A stretch of 64,000 nt of DNA from the human T2T-CHM13v2.0 reference genome, Homo sapiens (GCF_009914755.1 NC_060929.1), one strand, 5' to 3'. Numbered from the stretch's first letter, positions 1 through 13,879 are shown. Notes: a model not told the origin generated them from the sequence alone. Program-made: numbers and translations.

Positions 1-283
1 CCTGTAATTCCAGCACTTTGGGAGGCCCAGGCGGGCAGATCACGAGGTCAGGAGATCGAGGCCATCCTGGCTAACATGGTGAAACCCCATCTCTACTAAA
101 AATACAAAAAATTAGCCAGGCGTGGTGGCAGGCGCCTTAGTCCTAGCTATTCGGGAGACTGAGGCAGGAGAATGGCGTGAACCCAGGAGGTGGGGCTTTC
201 AATGAGCCGAGATCGCGCCACTGCACTCTCTAGCCTGGGCGAGAGAGCGAGACTCCGTCTCAAAAAACAAAAAACAAAAAAAA
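1..283 (+). mobile_element. AluY-like, cut by the window edge
   Basis: CpG-rich Alu dimer with A-rich tail. Confidence 0.95.
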
Positions 284-462
284 GTCTGTTCTTCAAAGCC
301 TTAGTTCTGTCCTTAAAGTCAGTGCCATGATTTTACCAAATTGTCCTACTTTGTTTATTTATATATGTTTTTCTTCACTGTTGTTTTGTGAACATTGCGA
401 AAGTTAATGTATATGTGAATTCAGTAAGTACAAATTACTTTAAATATCTTTTTCTCACTTAG

Positions 463-559
463 AGTCTGAAGAAGAAGTAGAGGAACCTGAAGAAAGACAG
501 CAAACACCTGAGGTGGTACCTGATGATTCTGGAACTTTCTATGATCAGGCAGTTGTCAG
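463..559 (+). CDS. G3BP1: G3BP1 internal coding exon (exon 6), acidic region (E)SEEEVEEPEERQQTPEVVPDDSGTFYDQAVV(S)
   Basis: Pyrimidine tract plus AG at 461-462 and donor GTAAGA at 560. Translation matches the recalled G3BP1 acidic region and the phase fits the next exon. Confidence 0.96.
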
Positions 560-1252
560 GTAAGAAGATTTTGTTCACATGTCCGGGGCTGCATAAGAAC
601 TTGCATTGTCTAGTCTTTCCCTTTGTTGGAGGGCATTTACATATTCTGAGAATTACCTCAAAATAATAATTTCTCAGAAGAATGGTTTTGTTTCTGGTAA
701 TTTTGACTAAACAAAAATATGTAACTTGTTTGTTAATAGTAAATTGTACTATGAAGGCAATCTACTATTGCTTAGTTTAAATAGTATCAGTTTCTTTTTG
801 GTTTAGTTTTTTCTTGGTGTTAAGTGAAAACTTGCATATTGTTTATCAAGAGTTGAATGTATTGAGGTATTAAATGCTTTGAGGGAATATGAAGTGGACA
901 GAGACCTATTTAATTAGAGATCGGGCATAAATTGATATAAATACCAATATGTGAGTTAAGTAGCAATAAAGAATTTCATTACGTTAGTAAGTGCATCATT
1001 ATACCTTTGGGTTTTTTCCCCCTTGTGATTAGAACAGAAATGTGTTTGATAGCAATAGAAATCCATATTTACTTGTTACCATGTGATACTGAATGTTAAT
1101 ATTCAGTGCCTGAAGGGTGTTTTCAAGTGTTTCTTAAGGTGTGATGAACTAATCAGGTTACTCACTTGGGTTGCTGGTTGAAAATGAAGATTCATGGTCC
1201 CACTGCAAACCTACCGAATTAGACTTTCAGGAGGCAAAACATCTGCAGTTTT

Positions 1253-1545
1253 GTTTGTTTTTGTTCTATTGAGACAGAGTCTTGCTCTGTTACCCAGGCT
1301 GGAGTGCAGTGGCGCGATCTTGGCTGACTGCAACCTCCGCTTCCTGGATTCAAGCAATCCCCCTGCCTCAGCCTCCTGAGTAGCTGGGACTACAGGCGCA
1401 CGCCACCATGCCCGGCTAAGTTTTGTGTTTTTGTAGAGATGGGGTTTCGCCATATTGGCCAGGCTGGTCTGGAACTCCTAATCTCAGGTGATCTGCCCAC
1501 CTTGGCCTCGCAAAGTGCTGGGATTACAGGTGTGTGCCCAGCCCC
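1253..1545 (-). mobile_element. AluS
   Basis: Antisense dimer; TSD TCTGCAGTTTT. Confidence 0.93.
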
Positions 1546-2210
1546 CTCTGCAGTTTTAACAGCATTTCTGGTTGATTTATGTGGAATTTTAAGAATTGTA
1601 TTCTGAATCATAACTATTTTCTCCCCCAAATTCCTTATGTGCTTGAAAGAGTTTTTGTGTGTTTGTGTTAAAAGCCACATATCATAAAATTTGCCATCTT
1701 AACCTTTTTTTCATCTTAACCATTTTTAAGTGTAAAGTACAGTAGTGTTAACTGTATAGATGTGGTTCTATGACAGATATCTAGGACTTTTCACCTTACA
1801 ACTTTTATTGAAGATAACTTTATATACCTTATAAACAGACTATACCCATTGAATGGCAACTTTCTTTCCCGCCCCCCCCGCCCCAGCCTATTTTGAGAGT
1901 TTTTCTGATGTTGTATGCTAAATGAATTGTAATAGTTGTGGGATTCCAGCCATAAAGTGGTTTGGTTCATTTTGATGTCCTGATTCATTTGCTTATCAGA
2001 ATTTGCCAAACAAATGGATTCCAGTTAAGTTATTGAGTGGCATTTTAAAAATTACTTTTTAAAAACTCAGATAGATATACAATTCTTAGATTTTTGTTTT
2101 GGATAGAAGGAGCTAACTCTGTGTTCTGGTTTCTGATTAATAAATGATGGAGGAATTTTTTGTGAAATAAATGGTGGCAGAATGATATTTCTCAAATTTT
2201 CCTGTCAAAG

Positions 2211-2412
2211 TAATGACATGGAAGAACATTTAGAGGAGCCTGTTGCTGAACCAGAGCCTGATCCTGAACCAGAACCAGAACAAGAACCTGTATCTGAAAT
2301 CCAAGAGGAAAAGCCTGAGCCAGTATTAGAAGAAACTGCCCCTGAGGATGCTCAGAAGAGTTCTTCTCCAGCACCTGCAGACATAGCTCAGACAGTACAG
2401 GAAGACTTGAGG
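2211..2412 (+). CDS. G3BP1: G3BP1 exon 7, (S)NDMEEHLEEPVAEPEPDPEPEPEQ...TVQEDLR
   Basis: AG at 2209-2210, donor GTATGA at 2413; contained in ORF 2182..2418. Confidence 0.97.
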
Positions 2413-3180
2413 GTATGAAACGTGTCTTCATTTTTATTCTATTCCTAGTTATTTTTTTTAAAAAAAGTTTCTGTTCTTTTGTATTGCTGTTTGGTTGACT
2501 TGTAGATACATTTTCATATTGGTGGTTCATTTCAGGGAAATTTCTTAGATATTGAGCCATATGTTTGATAAGAGAGAGGTAAGATGTGTATTAGTTTATT
2601 TCATCAAAAGAAACCACTCCCTTCCCCGAGGTAACTTGAATGCCTGTTAGACCAGAAATTTTAGGTGCCACTGTAGCACCCTATCAGTGATTCCTTTTCT
2701 ATTTAATATTTAATCTTTTACACTATAAATTATTACATACTTGTTACTACAAGTGCATAACATCTTTTCAAGAAAAATAACATGGCAGAATATACTTTTT
2801 CTATGAAATTTTATTGAAGATAACTTTATAGTGGAAGTAGAAATGAACTGCTGAAGTAAAACTTCTTTTCTAGTTGGCATACCTGATTTCAGAAGTTTTC
2901 AGTTTGTCCTTCTGAGTCTCGTCAGGGTGATTGTTAACTGAACTATCGTTGAAACCTTTGCATTTGGTGCTCTGGAAAGGAATATAATTTTTAGTGCTGT
3001 GTTTATAGGCTCAGGGTTATGTCATTTGTTTGTTCAATAATTCAAATTCCTGCTGTGTGTTAGGCATTGTTCAAAGTGTAGGTTTTATATTGGCAAAACA
3101 GATAGGGGTTCTTGTTCTCTGGCAGCTAATAGGTGAGTAGGAAAGAGCAATGTTGAAATGACTTTAGCTTGCAAGTGGAA

Positions 3181-3345
3181 AAAATTAGCTGGGCATGGTG
3201 GTGCCTATGTGTGGTCCCACCTGCTTGGGAGGCTGAGGTAGGAGGATGGCTTAGCCTGGGAAGTCAAGGCTGCAGTGAGCTATGATTATGCCACTGCATT
3301 CCAGCCTGGGTAATAGAGTAAGACCTTGTCACAAGAACAAAACCA
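3181..3345 (+). mobile_element. Alu right monomer (FRAM or truncated AluJ)
   Basis: Right arm only; TSD GCAAGTGGAAAA. Confidence 0.85.
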
Positions 3346-3665
3346 TAAGAAGCAAGTGGAAAAGTAGGTTGGCTGGACCAGCTGACCACTTAGTTGGTTA
3401 TTATAGTAACCCTAGTGAGAGAGAATGATGGCTTGAATTAGAGTTGTGGCAGTGGAAATGGAAAAGAAATAATTAGGTAGAATAACAGGTTCTGGCGATT
3501 TTTAAATGTGCGAGAAAGGTGTTTATGATGATTCTACAATTGATGTAATTGAGTCGATGTTTGTACAATGGATTGGATGGAATCACAGTAGGAAGAGCTG
3601 AGCTGATTTTGGAGGAGAGGGAATTTTGTTTGATTCACAGATTTGAATGAAAGTAGCTTTTGTTG

Positions 3666-3954
3666 GGCCAGGCGTTGTGGCTTACGCATTTAATCCCAGC
3701 ACTTTGGGAGGCTGAGGCCAGGAGGATTGCTTGAGTTTAGGAGTTCAAGACCAGCCTGGTCAATATAGTGAGACTTCATCTCTACTAAAAAGAAAAAATA
3801 GCTGGACATGGTGGCACATGCCTGTAGTTTCAGCTGCTTGGGAAACAGGTGGGAGGATCACTTGAGCACAGGAGATGTAGGCTGCAATGAGCTGTGTGCA
3901 TGCCACTGCATTCCAGCCTGGGCAACAGAGCAAGATTCTGTCTCAAAAAAAAAA
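3666..3954 (+). mobile_element. AluJ
   Basis: Diverged dimer with A tail. Confidence 0.9.
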
Positions 3955-4195
3955 GTGAGTAGTTTCTTGAACCTAAGCCTCTCGGATTTGCTTGGTACTT
4001 GATCATCAGTCCCAAGGAATTTCAGTACTAAATTTTGAATAGCTGAAAGAGAAGAATCTTAATATATATATATAAACTCCATCCTGCCTATGAGAATGTG
4101 TTACCGTTTGTTCTGTACAGGAAATCAAGAGTTAGTAGCTTTTATATTGTTTTGATACCTGGTATAATTATGTAATGTTGGTATTGCTCCCTTAG

Positions 4196-4297
4196 ACATT
4201 TTCTTGGGCATCTGTGACCAGTAAGAATCTTCCACCCAGTGGAGCTGTTCCAGTTACTGGGATACCACCTCATGTTGTTAAAGTACCAGCTTCACAG
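4196..4297 (+). CDS. G3BP1: G3BP1 exon 8, [34 protein letters not shown] (102 nt, phase 0-0)
   Basis: cttAG acceptor, GTAAGG donor, open frame continuous with neighbours. Confidence 0.97.
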
Positions 4298-4385
4298 GTA
4301 AGGTCCTAATAAAACTTGTACATTAGGCAAATTTACTTCTATTGTGGTAATTTGATTCAACAGAGGTTTAGAGAATGTGAAAACT

Positions 4386-4690
4386 GGTCAGGTGCAGTGT
4401 GGCTCATGCCTGTAATCCCAGCACTTTAGGAGGCTGAAGCCAGCTGATCACTGGAGCCTAGGAGTTTGAAACCAGTCTGGGCAACATAGTGAGACCCTGT
4501 CTCTACAAAAAATAAGAAATTAGCTGGGCCTTGTGGCATGCATCTGTAGTCCTAGCTACTTAGGAAGCTGAGGTGGGAGGATTGCTTGAGTCCCGGAGGT
4601 TGAGGCTGCAGTGAGTCATGATTGTGCCACTGCACTGCATCATGGGCGACATACTGAGACTCTGGCTCAAAAAAAAAAAACCAACCCAAA
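4386..4690 (+). mobile_element. AluJ
   Basis: Diverged dimer with A tail. Confidence 0.9.
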
Positions 4691-4872
4691 TCAATGTAGA
4701 AACAGAACTGACATATAGGACGGAAGAGAAGGGTATAAGATGGTTTTTAATGATTTTTCTTGTGAGGGAATTGTCCATTTTGTAGTTTAAAACTTGTTAG
4801 CTAAGAAACTTCATTAAGAAAAAGGATAAGCCTGCTTTGTTTTAACACAAAAGTTAACTTAAAATTTTTCAG

Positions 4873-4984
4873 CCCCGTCCAGAGTCTAAGCCTGAATCTC
4901 AGATTCCACCACAAAGACCTCAGCGGGATCAAAGAGTGCGAGAACAACGAATAAATATTCCTCCCCAAAGGGGACCCAGACCAA
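4873..4984 (+). CDS. G3BP1: G3BP1 exon 9, Pro-rich region PRPESKPESQIPPQRPQRDQRVREQRINIPPQRGPRP
   Basis: ttttcAG acceptor, GTAAGA donor at 4985. Confidence 0.97.
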
Positions 4985-5201
4985 GTAAGAGCTCAGAAGG
5001 GCGATTTCTCGTTTGGGGGATTTTGAGGTGAGAGCTTATTTTGGGAGGGCAGTTGATATTTATATACTTTAAAATAAAAATATTGTAGGGTTGATGGAAT
5101 TACCTGTTTTTAGTGTAGAGGGAAAACTATTGAATGTGAGCAGTCATTGAAAGATGTCTTCTTTCTCTTGTCTTTCATTGATGTTTTTGTCTCCTTTTAA
5201 G

Positions 5202-5330
5202 TCCGTGAGGCTGGTGAGCAAGGTGACATTGAACCCCGAAGAATGGTGAGACACCCTGACAGTCACCAACTCTTCATTGGCAACCTGCCTCATGAAGTGG
5301 ACAAATCAGAGCTTAAAGATTTCTTTCAAA
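5202..5330 (+). CDS. G3BP1: G3BP1 exon 10, (I)[42 protein letters not shown], start of RRM (RNP2 LFIGNL)
   Basis: AG at 5200-5201, donor GTAGGT at 5331, RNP2 motif present. Confidence 0.97.
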
Positions 5331-5375
5331 GTAGGTTATTGAGTTTTGAACACTAAATTCATCTAGTGTCTCTCT

Positions 5376-5683
5376 AGCACTGTCCAGTAGCAATAGAAAA
5401 TGAGCCACATATGTAATTATAAATTTTCTAGTAGTCATGGTTAAAAAAAAAAAGGTAAAAAGAAACTGGATAATTTTAATAACATTTAACTTAAGGCATT
5501 GTCATTTCAACATGTAAGAATATTGTGAGAGATATTTTACACTTTTTCATAATCTTTGAAATCCAAATGTGCCTCCCATAATTTTACACTTATGAGAGGC
5601 ACATCTCAATTCAGACTAGCTATATTTATAATTCAAGTGCTCAGTAGTCACATGCATCTAGTGGCTACTGTATTGGACTGTGT
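5376..5683. mobile_element. MER33-like hAT-Charlie MITE filling most of G3BP1 intron 10
   Basis: Imperfect terminal inverted repeats (CACTGTCCAGTAG ... CTACTGTATTGGACTGTG) around an AT-rich core. Confidence 0.75.
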
Positions 5684-5743
5684 ACATGTAATGTTTAAAG
5701 ATAATGGTCTAAGTAGTTATCTGAGAATGTGTTTCACTTGCAG

Positions 5744-5853
5744 GTTATGGAAACGTGGTGGAGTTGCGCATTAACAGTGGTGGGAAATTACCCAATTTTG
5801 GTTTTGTTGTGTTTGATGATTCTGAGCCTGTTCAGAAAGTCCTTAGCAACAGG
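5744..5853 (+). CDS. G3BP1: G3BP1 exon 11, (S)[36 protein letters not shown] (RNP1)
   Basis: tgcAG acceptor, GTAAGC donor at 5854, RNP1-like NFGFVVF. Confidence 0.97.
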
Positions 5854-6494
5854 GTAAGCAGCTTTTTGTCTTGATTTTTTTTTTTTTTTTTTAAAAAGGG
5901 TTTTGGTTCTTTAGAATATATCTTTACAGCTGGGTCTTTATGTAAAGTGCAGTTTATTCCAACATGTTCAGGTAATTTATTCATTATTTTCAACCATTAT
6001 TAAAAGACTTGCCTGGGGGTTTAGGAAAACAAACCTTATGTTTAAGTAACTTAGTTTTTGAAAACATGAATTATGAGAATGAGAAAATGAATAGTTATCA
6101 GTGCACTGAGATTTACGTAACTACCTTTCCTTGGTGGTGGCTTTTGGTATACAGGAGATGAAATACAAACCTACTTCTAACTATTAACTAAGATAAGAGC
6201 CAGTTTGCCCAGGACAGTTTTGGTATACTGCTGTTTTTAGAGAATAACTATTAAGAGCTTCTTCTTTAAGTTAATAAATTGGATTTGGAAGATAAATTAT
6301 ATAGTCAACCTACTTGGAACCATCCTTACTAACAGTACTCTTACTCTGTACGTTCTAATAATAGAAGAATTTGTAGAATGGAAATCTTACTGTGGGATCC
6401 CCAAAGAAAGCTTCCCTTCCTCTAGCAAAAAACTACTTTTTGTAGTAGTAGAGAAGAACAAGTGTATAAATAATATTAATTTACTAAGCTATAC

Positions 6495-6706
6495 TTTTTT
6501 ATTGAGGTGAAATTTACATAACAAAATTAACCATTTAAAAATGTACAACTTAATTGCATTTAGAACACATTATTGTGCAACCATTACCTTTAATTCCAAA
6601 AGTTTTTTACTAAAAGCCATAAGCTCTTTACTCACTAAGCAGTCATTCCTTGTACCTGTCTCCCAACCCCTGGCAGCCACTAATCTGCTTTCTGTCCCTA
6701 TGAATT
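6495..6706 (-). mobile_element. L1M 3' fragment
   Basis: TTTTATTGAGGTGAAATTTACATAACA...CCACTAATCTGCTTTCTGTC. Confidence 0.75.
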
Positions 6707-6735
6707 AAAATTGTGTACTTTAAACCATATAATAA

Positions 6736-7113
<378 letters not shown>

Positions 7114-7635
7114 TAATGTTGTGGTTATAACATGTCAACCTGAGTATGCAAATATACATTATCTTTCAAATTATTTGACCATTTATTTTTGTGAAGCATC
7201 TCCTGCAAAATACTGTTTGAGAAATGAGAGAACAGTGGTTTATCTCACCAAAGCCACTGAAGAACCCAGAAATGTCCAGTAGGCTTTGTAGATAAATCCA
7301 TCATTCAGCATGTATTAGGCCTAGTGGCCACCCTTCATTTCATGGTATTGATAGAAGTCTACTATGCTCCCTTCACTAATTTTTTGTGTGAGCAGAAATA
7401 GCTTATGTAAGACTGATTGCCGTGGTGTATGACATACTGTAGTGTAGCTTACCGTTTCAAAGCTTATTTTTCCCTGGAGGCCTTGGTTTGTATTCTCCTT
7501 TCATCACTCATTAGTGTTGTGACCCATGGGACAAGTTACTTAACCTCCCCGGCCCTTAGTTTGCTAGTCCTTAAAGTAGGTATCTACCATCAGAGGGTTG
7601 TTGTAAAGGTTAAGTGAGCTAATAAATTTGAATAG

Positions 7636-7984
<349 letters not shown>

Positions 7985-8273
7985 TCATTTTAAGAAATTA
8001 GAAAATTACATTGCTGGTGAAGAGCATAAATTGAATATATTGAAATGTTTCGTAGCCCCTTAACTACTTTGGCTCTGTTAGGAGGAAACGAAGGCCAAGA
8101 CTATCCAAAATTCTCAGGAGGTGTTAAAGAGCAAATTAAAGTTTATGTCAAATTAATGAAGTTTTTATTTTAAATGTATATGTACTTTGCATAAATATGT
8201 ACAGTACCATCTTTTCACACTGGTGATGATGAGGTTTTATTCTAAGCCTCCAAATCTATGGAGAAGGTGGCAA

Positions 8274-8441
8274 TTTTTTTTATTTTTTATTTTTTATTGG
8301 GACGGAGTCTCACTCTGTCGCCCATGCTGGAGTGCAGTGGCACGACCTTGGCTCACCACAACTTCCGCCACCCGGGTTCAAGTTGCACTCCAGTCTGGGT
8401 GACGAGTGAAACTCTGTCTCATTAAAAAAACAAACAAAAAA
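8274..8441. mobile_element. Rearranged Alu: antisense 3' end (8274-8382) fused to a sense 3' end (8383-8441)
   Basis: T-tail...GGGTTCAAG|TTGCACTCCAGTCTGGGTGAC...A-tail. Confidence 0.85.
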
Positions 8442-8479
8442 CTGAACTGTGAGAACTTAGCTGATTTATAATCTGCTGG

Positions 8480-8777
8480 TTCTTTTTTTTTTCTGAGTCG
8501 GAGTCTCGCTCTTTTTCCCAGACTGGAGTACAATGGCGTGATCTTGGCTCACTGCAACCTCCGCCTCCTGGGTTCAAGCAATTCTCCTGCCTCAGCCTCC
8601 TTGAATAGCTGGAACTACAGGCGTGTGTCACCATGTCTGGCTAATTTTTGTGTTTTTTTAGTAGAGACGGGGTTTCACCATGTTGGTCAGGCTGGTCTTG
8701 AACTCCTGACCTCGTAATCCACCCGTCTCGGCCTCCCAAAGTGCTGGGATTACAGGCATGAGTCACCGTGCCCAGCC
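8480..8777 (-). mobile_element. AluS ending ~90 bp upstream of the last G3BP1 exon
   Basis: Antisense dimer; TSD TCTGCTGGTTC. Confidence 0.93.
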
Positions 8778-8868
8778 TCTGCTGGTTCATTATTACAGCT
8801 TTCTTTATCTTTGATAGTGATAGCCAGCTCATCAGTACTCTTAAGTCTGGTCACCTTGATTCTTACAG

Positions 8869-9075
8869 CCCATCATGTTCAGAGGTGAGGTCCGTCTGAA
8901 TGTCGAAGAGAAGAAGACTCGAGCTGCCAGGGAAGGCGACCGACGAGATAATCGCCTTCGGGGACCTGGAGGCCCTCGAGGTGGGCTGGGTGGTGGAATG
9001 AGAGGCCCTCCCCGTGGAGGCATGGTGCAGAAACCAGGATTTGGAGTGGGAAGGGGGCTTGCGCCACGGCAGTGA
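8869..9075 (+). CDS. G3BP1: G3BP1 last coding exon, [16 protein letters not shown]...RGG region...GLAPRQ*
   Basis: ttacAG acceptor at 8867-8868; ORF 8875..9075 ends in TGA after an RGG-rich C-terminus. Confidence 0.98.
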   Translation, partial: PIMFRGEVRLNVEEKKTRAAREGDRRDNRLRGPGGPRGGLGGGMRGPPRGGMVQKPGFGVGRGLAPRQ

Positions 9076-10310
9076 ATCTTCATGGATCTTCATGCAGCCA
9101 TACAAACCCTGGTTCCAACAGAATGGTGAATTTTCGACAGCCTTTGGTATCTTGGAGTATGACCCCAGTCTGTTATAAACTGCTTAAGTTTGTATAATTT
9201 TACTTTTTTTGTGTGTTAATGGTGTGTGCTCCCTCTCCCTCTCTTCCCTTTCCTGACCTTTAGTCTTTCACTTCCAATTTTGTGGAATGATATTTTAGGA
9301 ATAACGGACTTTTAAAGAAGCAAAAAAAAAGACTGAATTTCCTTGCTTACTTTGCATATACAGACTGGATTTTTTTTTTTTTTTTACAGCCATTTCCCCA
9401 AAGGAATGTCTTGCATATTACTGACATTTGGTATGTTTCATTCATTGGAATATTTCTTATTTTCTACGTGTTTGAAAAGCCTGTAAGAAATACAGGATTT
9501 GATAATATTTTGAAGGCAGGAAAAACCCAAATTGTTTCTTCTTTGAGAGTCATGACTACCTTCTGGTGTGGAGAAATTGCCATTGGAAAATTTGACAATT
9601 TTGATTCTCACTGGTATGTTTAAAAACTGAATAAAAGGAATAGAATTTTTTTTTGATAAAGGATCACAAAACAATTCTAAAACCTAACTGTTTTTACCAT
9701 TGAAATTTAAATTGTGATAATAGGTTTTAAATGTCTAGAATGCAACTGATAGGCTTTTCTTGAACTGTTAGTTTTTTTGAAGTAGTTTTTTCATGTTTAA
9801 TTTGTATTTGTAAAAAAACAAAAAGCAAAAAAATTCCCAAAACCCAGATAACAACCAGAGCAAAACTGTTGTGCCTTCTATTTATCTTTGATTTCAGTCT
9901 TGGCAATTGTTTAAAAAAAAAATCTAGATTTGTTTTATTAGGTTCAGAGTATGTGGGGAATTATAGAATCCCTCTTTCATCACTTTGTGTATGTCTTTTG
10001 TTAACATATTTGTTATGCCTTATTCTAAAATTGAGTCTCAAACTGGAATGCCTTTGAAGACAGATGCTTCTATAGAGGTTCTTTGACCTAAATAGTTCAG
10101 CATTTGTATTTTTATTCTGGTATCTAATCAGATTCCTAATCATAGCCCGTAAGAAGGAATGTTACTTTAATATTGGACTTTGCTCATGTGCTCGTGTCCG
10201 CATTTTTTTTTTTCTTAAAATCATAGCCATATGGTAAATTTTCTATTTTGTTATGGTTCTCTTTTATTGATGGGCATGCAGTGGGTGTTACTTGGAAATG
10301 GCCAATTTTT

Positions 10311-10316
10311 ATTAAA
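10311..10316 (+). terminator. Proximal poly(A) signal ATTAAA of G3BP1
   Basis: ATTAAA at the end of the U-rich proximal UTR with a GU-rich tract at about 10370-10400. Confidence 0.6.
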
Positions 10317-11774
10317 ATATTTCTGGAAGAAAATTTAATCTGGCAATATAGACTAATACTCGTTTCACATATGTGTTATTTGTTGAGTGCTGTGTGTGAG
10401 ATGGGTGAAGGTTTTGTTTACACGTGTGAAACAAACTTTTGTGTGATTGTCATTACTAATTGAAGGGCAACCAGGTTGTAAAATTCAGCGTATTTATTTT
10501 CTTAACAGTATTCATCTTTAGGACTGTCGTTTGAGGATAGCATAGGAATATTTGGTTTGCATTACTGAGAAACTCTAGGTTTGCTGTGATGGTTAAGACC
10601 ACAGTGAAGTTGGTATTACCAGTTTGGTTCCAGTTCCTCAAATATTTGAAAATTGGCAGCATCTCCTTTACATAAACTTAATGTAACTGAATCACATGGC
10701 TTTTTTGTAGGGTTAAAGTAACTTTGGTAACCACTTTTGGCCCAGATCACTGATAATAGGAAGAAATACAACTTATACTTTTGTAGCTTATATTAAGCAT
10801 GTGGTGGGTGGAAAGAAAAGTTTAGTCTGAGTCACTTTGGAAAAAAAAATTACTTTGTGGTAACTTCAAGGTCATAAATTATGGATAGCCTAGAAATTAT
10901 CCTTCATGAGTGAATACTAAATTATACATTTCAAAACAGAAGTTCTTCCTACTTGGAGACTTAAGGGCATTAACTAGATGCAGCAATCCTCAGCTTGGTG
11001 TTATCACATACTAGAGGACATTTGGAAATGTGTGAAATTTGGAAGGGTTGTTGGAGAGACATGCATCTGGCATTTATTGGGTGGGGTCTAAGGATACCAA
11101 ATGTTGTGTAAAAATGAAGCAACCCCATTGAGAACACTGATAGTCCCTATTCCTGTGGGTGGGTGGAGCTGTGGGATTAGGAAAACTGGAATGAAGACTC
11201 ATTCTTTTGAAACTCAGCCTCAGATAAATAACAAACTAGGAAATGGAAATCTGTTTCAAGAATTGCAGTAACATCTACTCTAAGGAATTAGTAATTTCAC
11301 TTTTTATTATTTGTACCAAATGTATGTGTGTGTTGTGTATGTTGGTGTAAATGTGGAGAGGTGGTAGCAATACATACTGATGCTGCTTGTAATTTGTTGC
11401 AGGGAATTACTGCACAATCTCAGAAAATAGAAAGCTTCCCCAGTGCTTTCTGTCATCAGAGTTGGGATGATTGTGAGGTTTTGAATGATAGTATTGGACC
11501 TAAGAAATAGGATTAGCATCATGATCAGAACTGTTGAGAATCCTTGTACAATTATGTACATTATTGCATGTAGAGTAAACCTGAGAGCTTAGAGATGTAT
11601 ACGTTTCCACTGCTGGAAAATCATTATAAGTTAGGGCAACATTTTCTATAGGTGGCAGCAGTAGGAGCTCATCACATTGAACATTTTCAGATTTTAAAAT
11701 GAAAATTTTCATCCGTAGGAATGGCCCAATGTATAGTTATTAGCTACTGAGCTTAGAACTCTTGACCCATGAGA

Positions 11775-11909
11775 TTTTTTTTTTAAATTTTTATTTTTAT
11801 AGAGGCAAGGTCTTGCTATGTTGTCAGGCTGGTCTCAAGCTCCTGGCCTCATCAGTTCTCCTGCCTTCCAAGTAGCCGGAACTACAGGTGTGCACCATTG
11901 CACCTGGCC
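11775..11909 (-). mobile_element. FLAM / Alu left monomer in the G3BP1 3' UTR
   Basis: Monomer with T tail; flanking CATGAG. Confidence 0.85.
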
Positions 11910-13879
11910 TCATGAGTATTTTAGTTAGATAAGATTTGTTTGGTTCAGTGGGTCTTAGTTTTTTAAGACCTGTTAATTTGTAATTAGACATCTTGGGCCT
12001 TAAACTGTATTTTTGTTTTAGTGGTGAGGTTGGGTTTTACTTTGTGTATTCCAGCGTTCTCAACTTTGTCAGATATTGCTAGGGACCAGTGAGATAGATA
12101 ATCCAAAAATAATAATTTGACTTTGGTTGAGTATGTCATTACCACAGTGTTAGTTGAATTGCACTTTAGGTTAGAAAAGTTAATTTTCACATCTGTGCTG
12201 CGGGTTAGGTGATATTGTCCTCAGCACAATAGATGAGGAAGAAACTGAATCAGAACAGTTAAATGACAGGCTTCCAAGTCATCCATGTAGCAAGGAGCAC
12301 ATTTGCCTCCCAAACTGATGCTTTTTCTCTAGAACCATAATGCCCCCCTAATTACATTTCAGTAGCATAGACCGCAATGAACTTCCTACTGTAGGGAGAC
12401 TTGAGTCTGGAATACATTCAGAACAAGGTTAACATTACAGTTCTTAATTTCCTTTAGGGCAAACAAGATAATTAAACTTGGGTTTTGTGAGTCTTTTTTT
12501 GATTTGCAGATTATATATGGTAACACAATAATGGTGGTTTGTTTTTAAGTTTTTTCTCATCAGGTTTGATAATTTAATGCAAACTTCAAATCTGGATGTG
12601 AATAATAATATTTTTATTATAGTATAATCCAGGTGAGTTTATAGAATTTGTGTTTTGTGCTTATAAACTGTCACCTTCTGATACTTTTCTTCATCCCTCT
12701 ATTTGAAAAACCCTTGTAGAATTTAACGATTTAATGGAAAATGTTGCACTTTATAGAAGGCCATTTTAGAACTTACAGGTAACCTTTTTGAAGAGCTTAG
12801 ATTTGTAGACCACTGTTTATGCTGAGTGACATTTCTTTTAAATGGTTGCATTTGTCAAATCTATAAAGATGTTTTTTATATTGCAGTTTTCTTTTTGTGC
12901 TACTTAAAGGAATCTTTGCAATGCTGCATATAGATAATTGTTGACCTTTTTAGTTCAGCAGTTTTTAAACTTGAAGTAACATCAGCATTTATTTGAATAT
13001 CAGGTTTTAGCTAACTGCCTAATGTACCAAAAAAAAATTAGCAATGTCTTATGTGGGATGAGGGGTTAAGTTAAAGTTGCTGATCAAGTAATGGCCGTGT
13101 GGCACAAGATGATAACTAAGAATTTCTGGTTCTAAGGTAGTAATGCCTTTTGGGATTTATATTTGTTTAATGTTGAGATTCTGGGGACCATAGGTGGGCC
13201 TGTCAACTCTTAACAGACTATAGTAAAGGAGAGATGGTGGCACATGTGAGATAAAACTTGTTTATATTTACATTCTTATTAGTGGATAGATATCACCTCA
13301 GTACAACACTGAAATTAAACTGCCTTGTTCATGCTTTCATGTCTCAAATCAAGGCCTAAATGAGTAAAAAGATGATTACAGATTACCTAAAACCCTTAAC
13401 CAGTTTTGGTTTTTGATTATGCATATGTGTTGGCTTGCAATTAGGTTTTTAGTTTCTGTTTATGTGACTTGTTTGAAAACATTGGATTCGTCTTCTCTCC
13501 ACAGTTTCTACTTGAACCTAGTAGCTTATTTTAATTCCCTGTAAGAGGAAAATAATATAGGGAATCTGTTCAACTATTCCTTTAATAAATCATGTGACTT
13601 GGCCAATTACAGAAATTCCTAAGTGTAGTATTTTGAAATGTGGCCAGTGTCCCAGATTTGTAAGGTACAGTGTGCATACAGTGTGTCTTAGGATTTTTTT
13701 AAGTAAATTAAGGATGTTTACCAGAAATTATTGATTTACTGAACCAAGTATTTATTTTCAGAAGCCCACTTTTGGGGAAGGTTGCCTATATTTTTGATAG
13801 TAATTAGATGGAAGATTAAATCCTGTTTAACCTGGATAGAAACAGTTTTAACTATTGCTGAAGTTAAAATCACTTTGGG

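Noticed and set aside
8841-9105. Antisense ORFs over the G3BP1 last exon (and similar ones over GLRA1 exon 9)
   Set aside because: Shadow frames of GC-rich coding sequence with no independent support.
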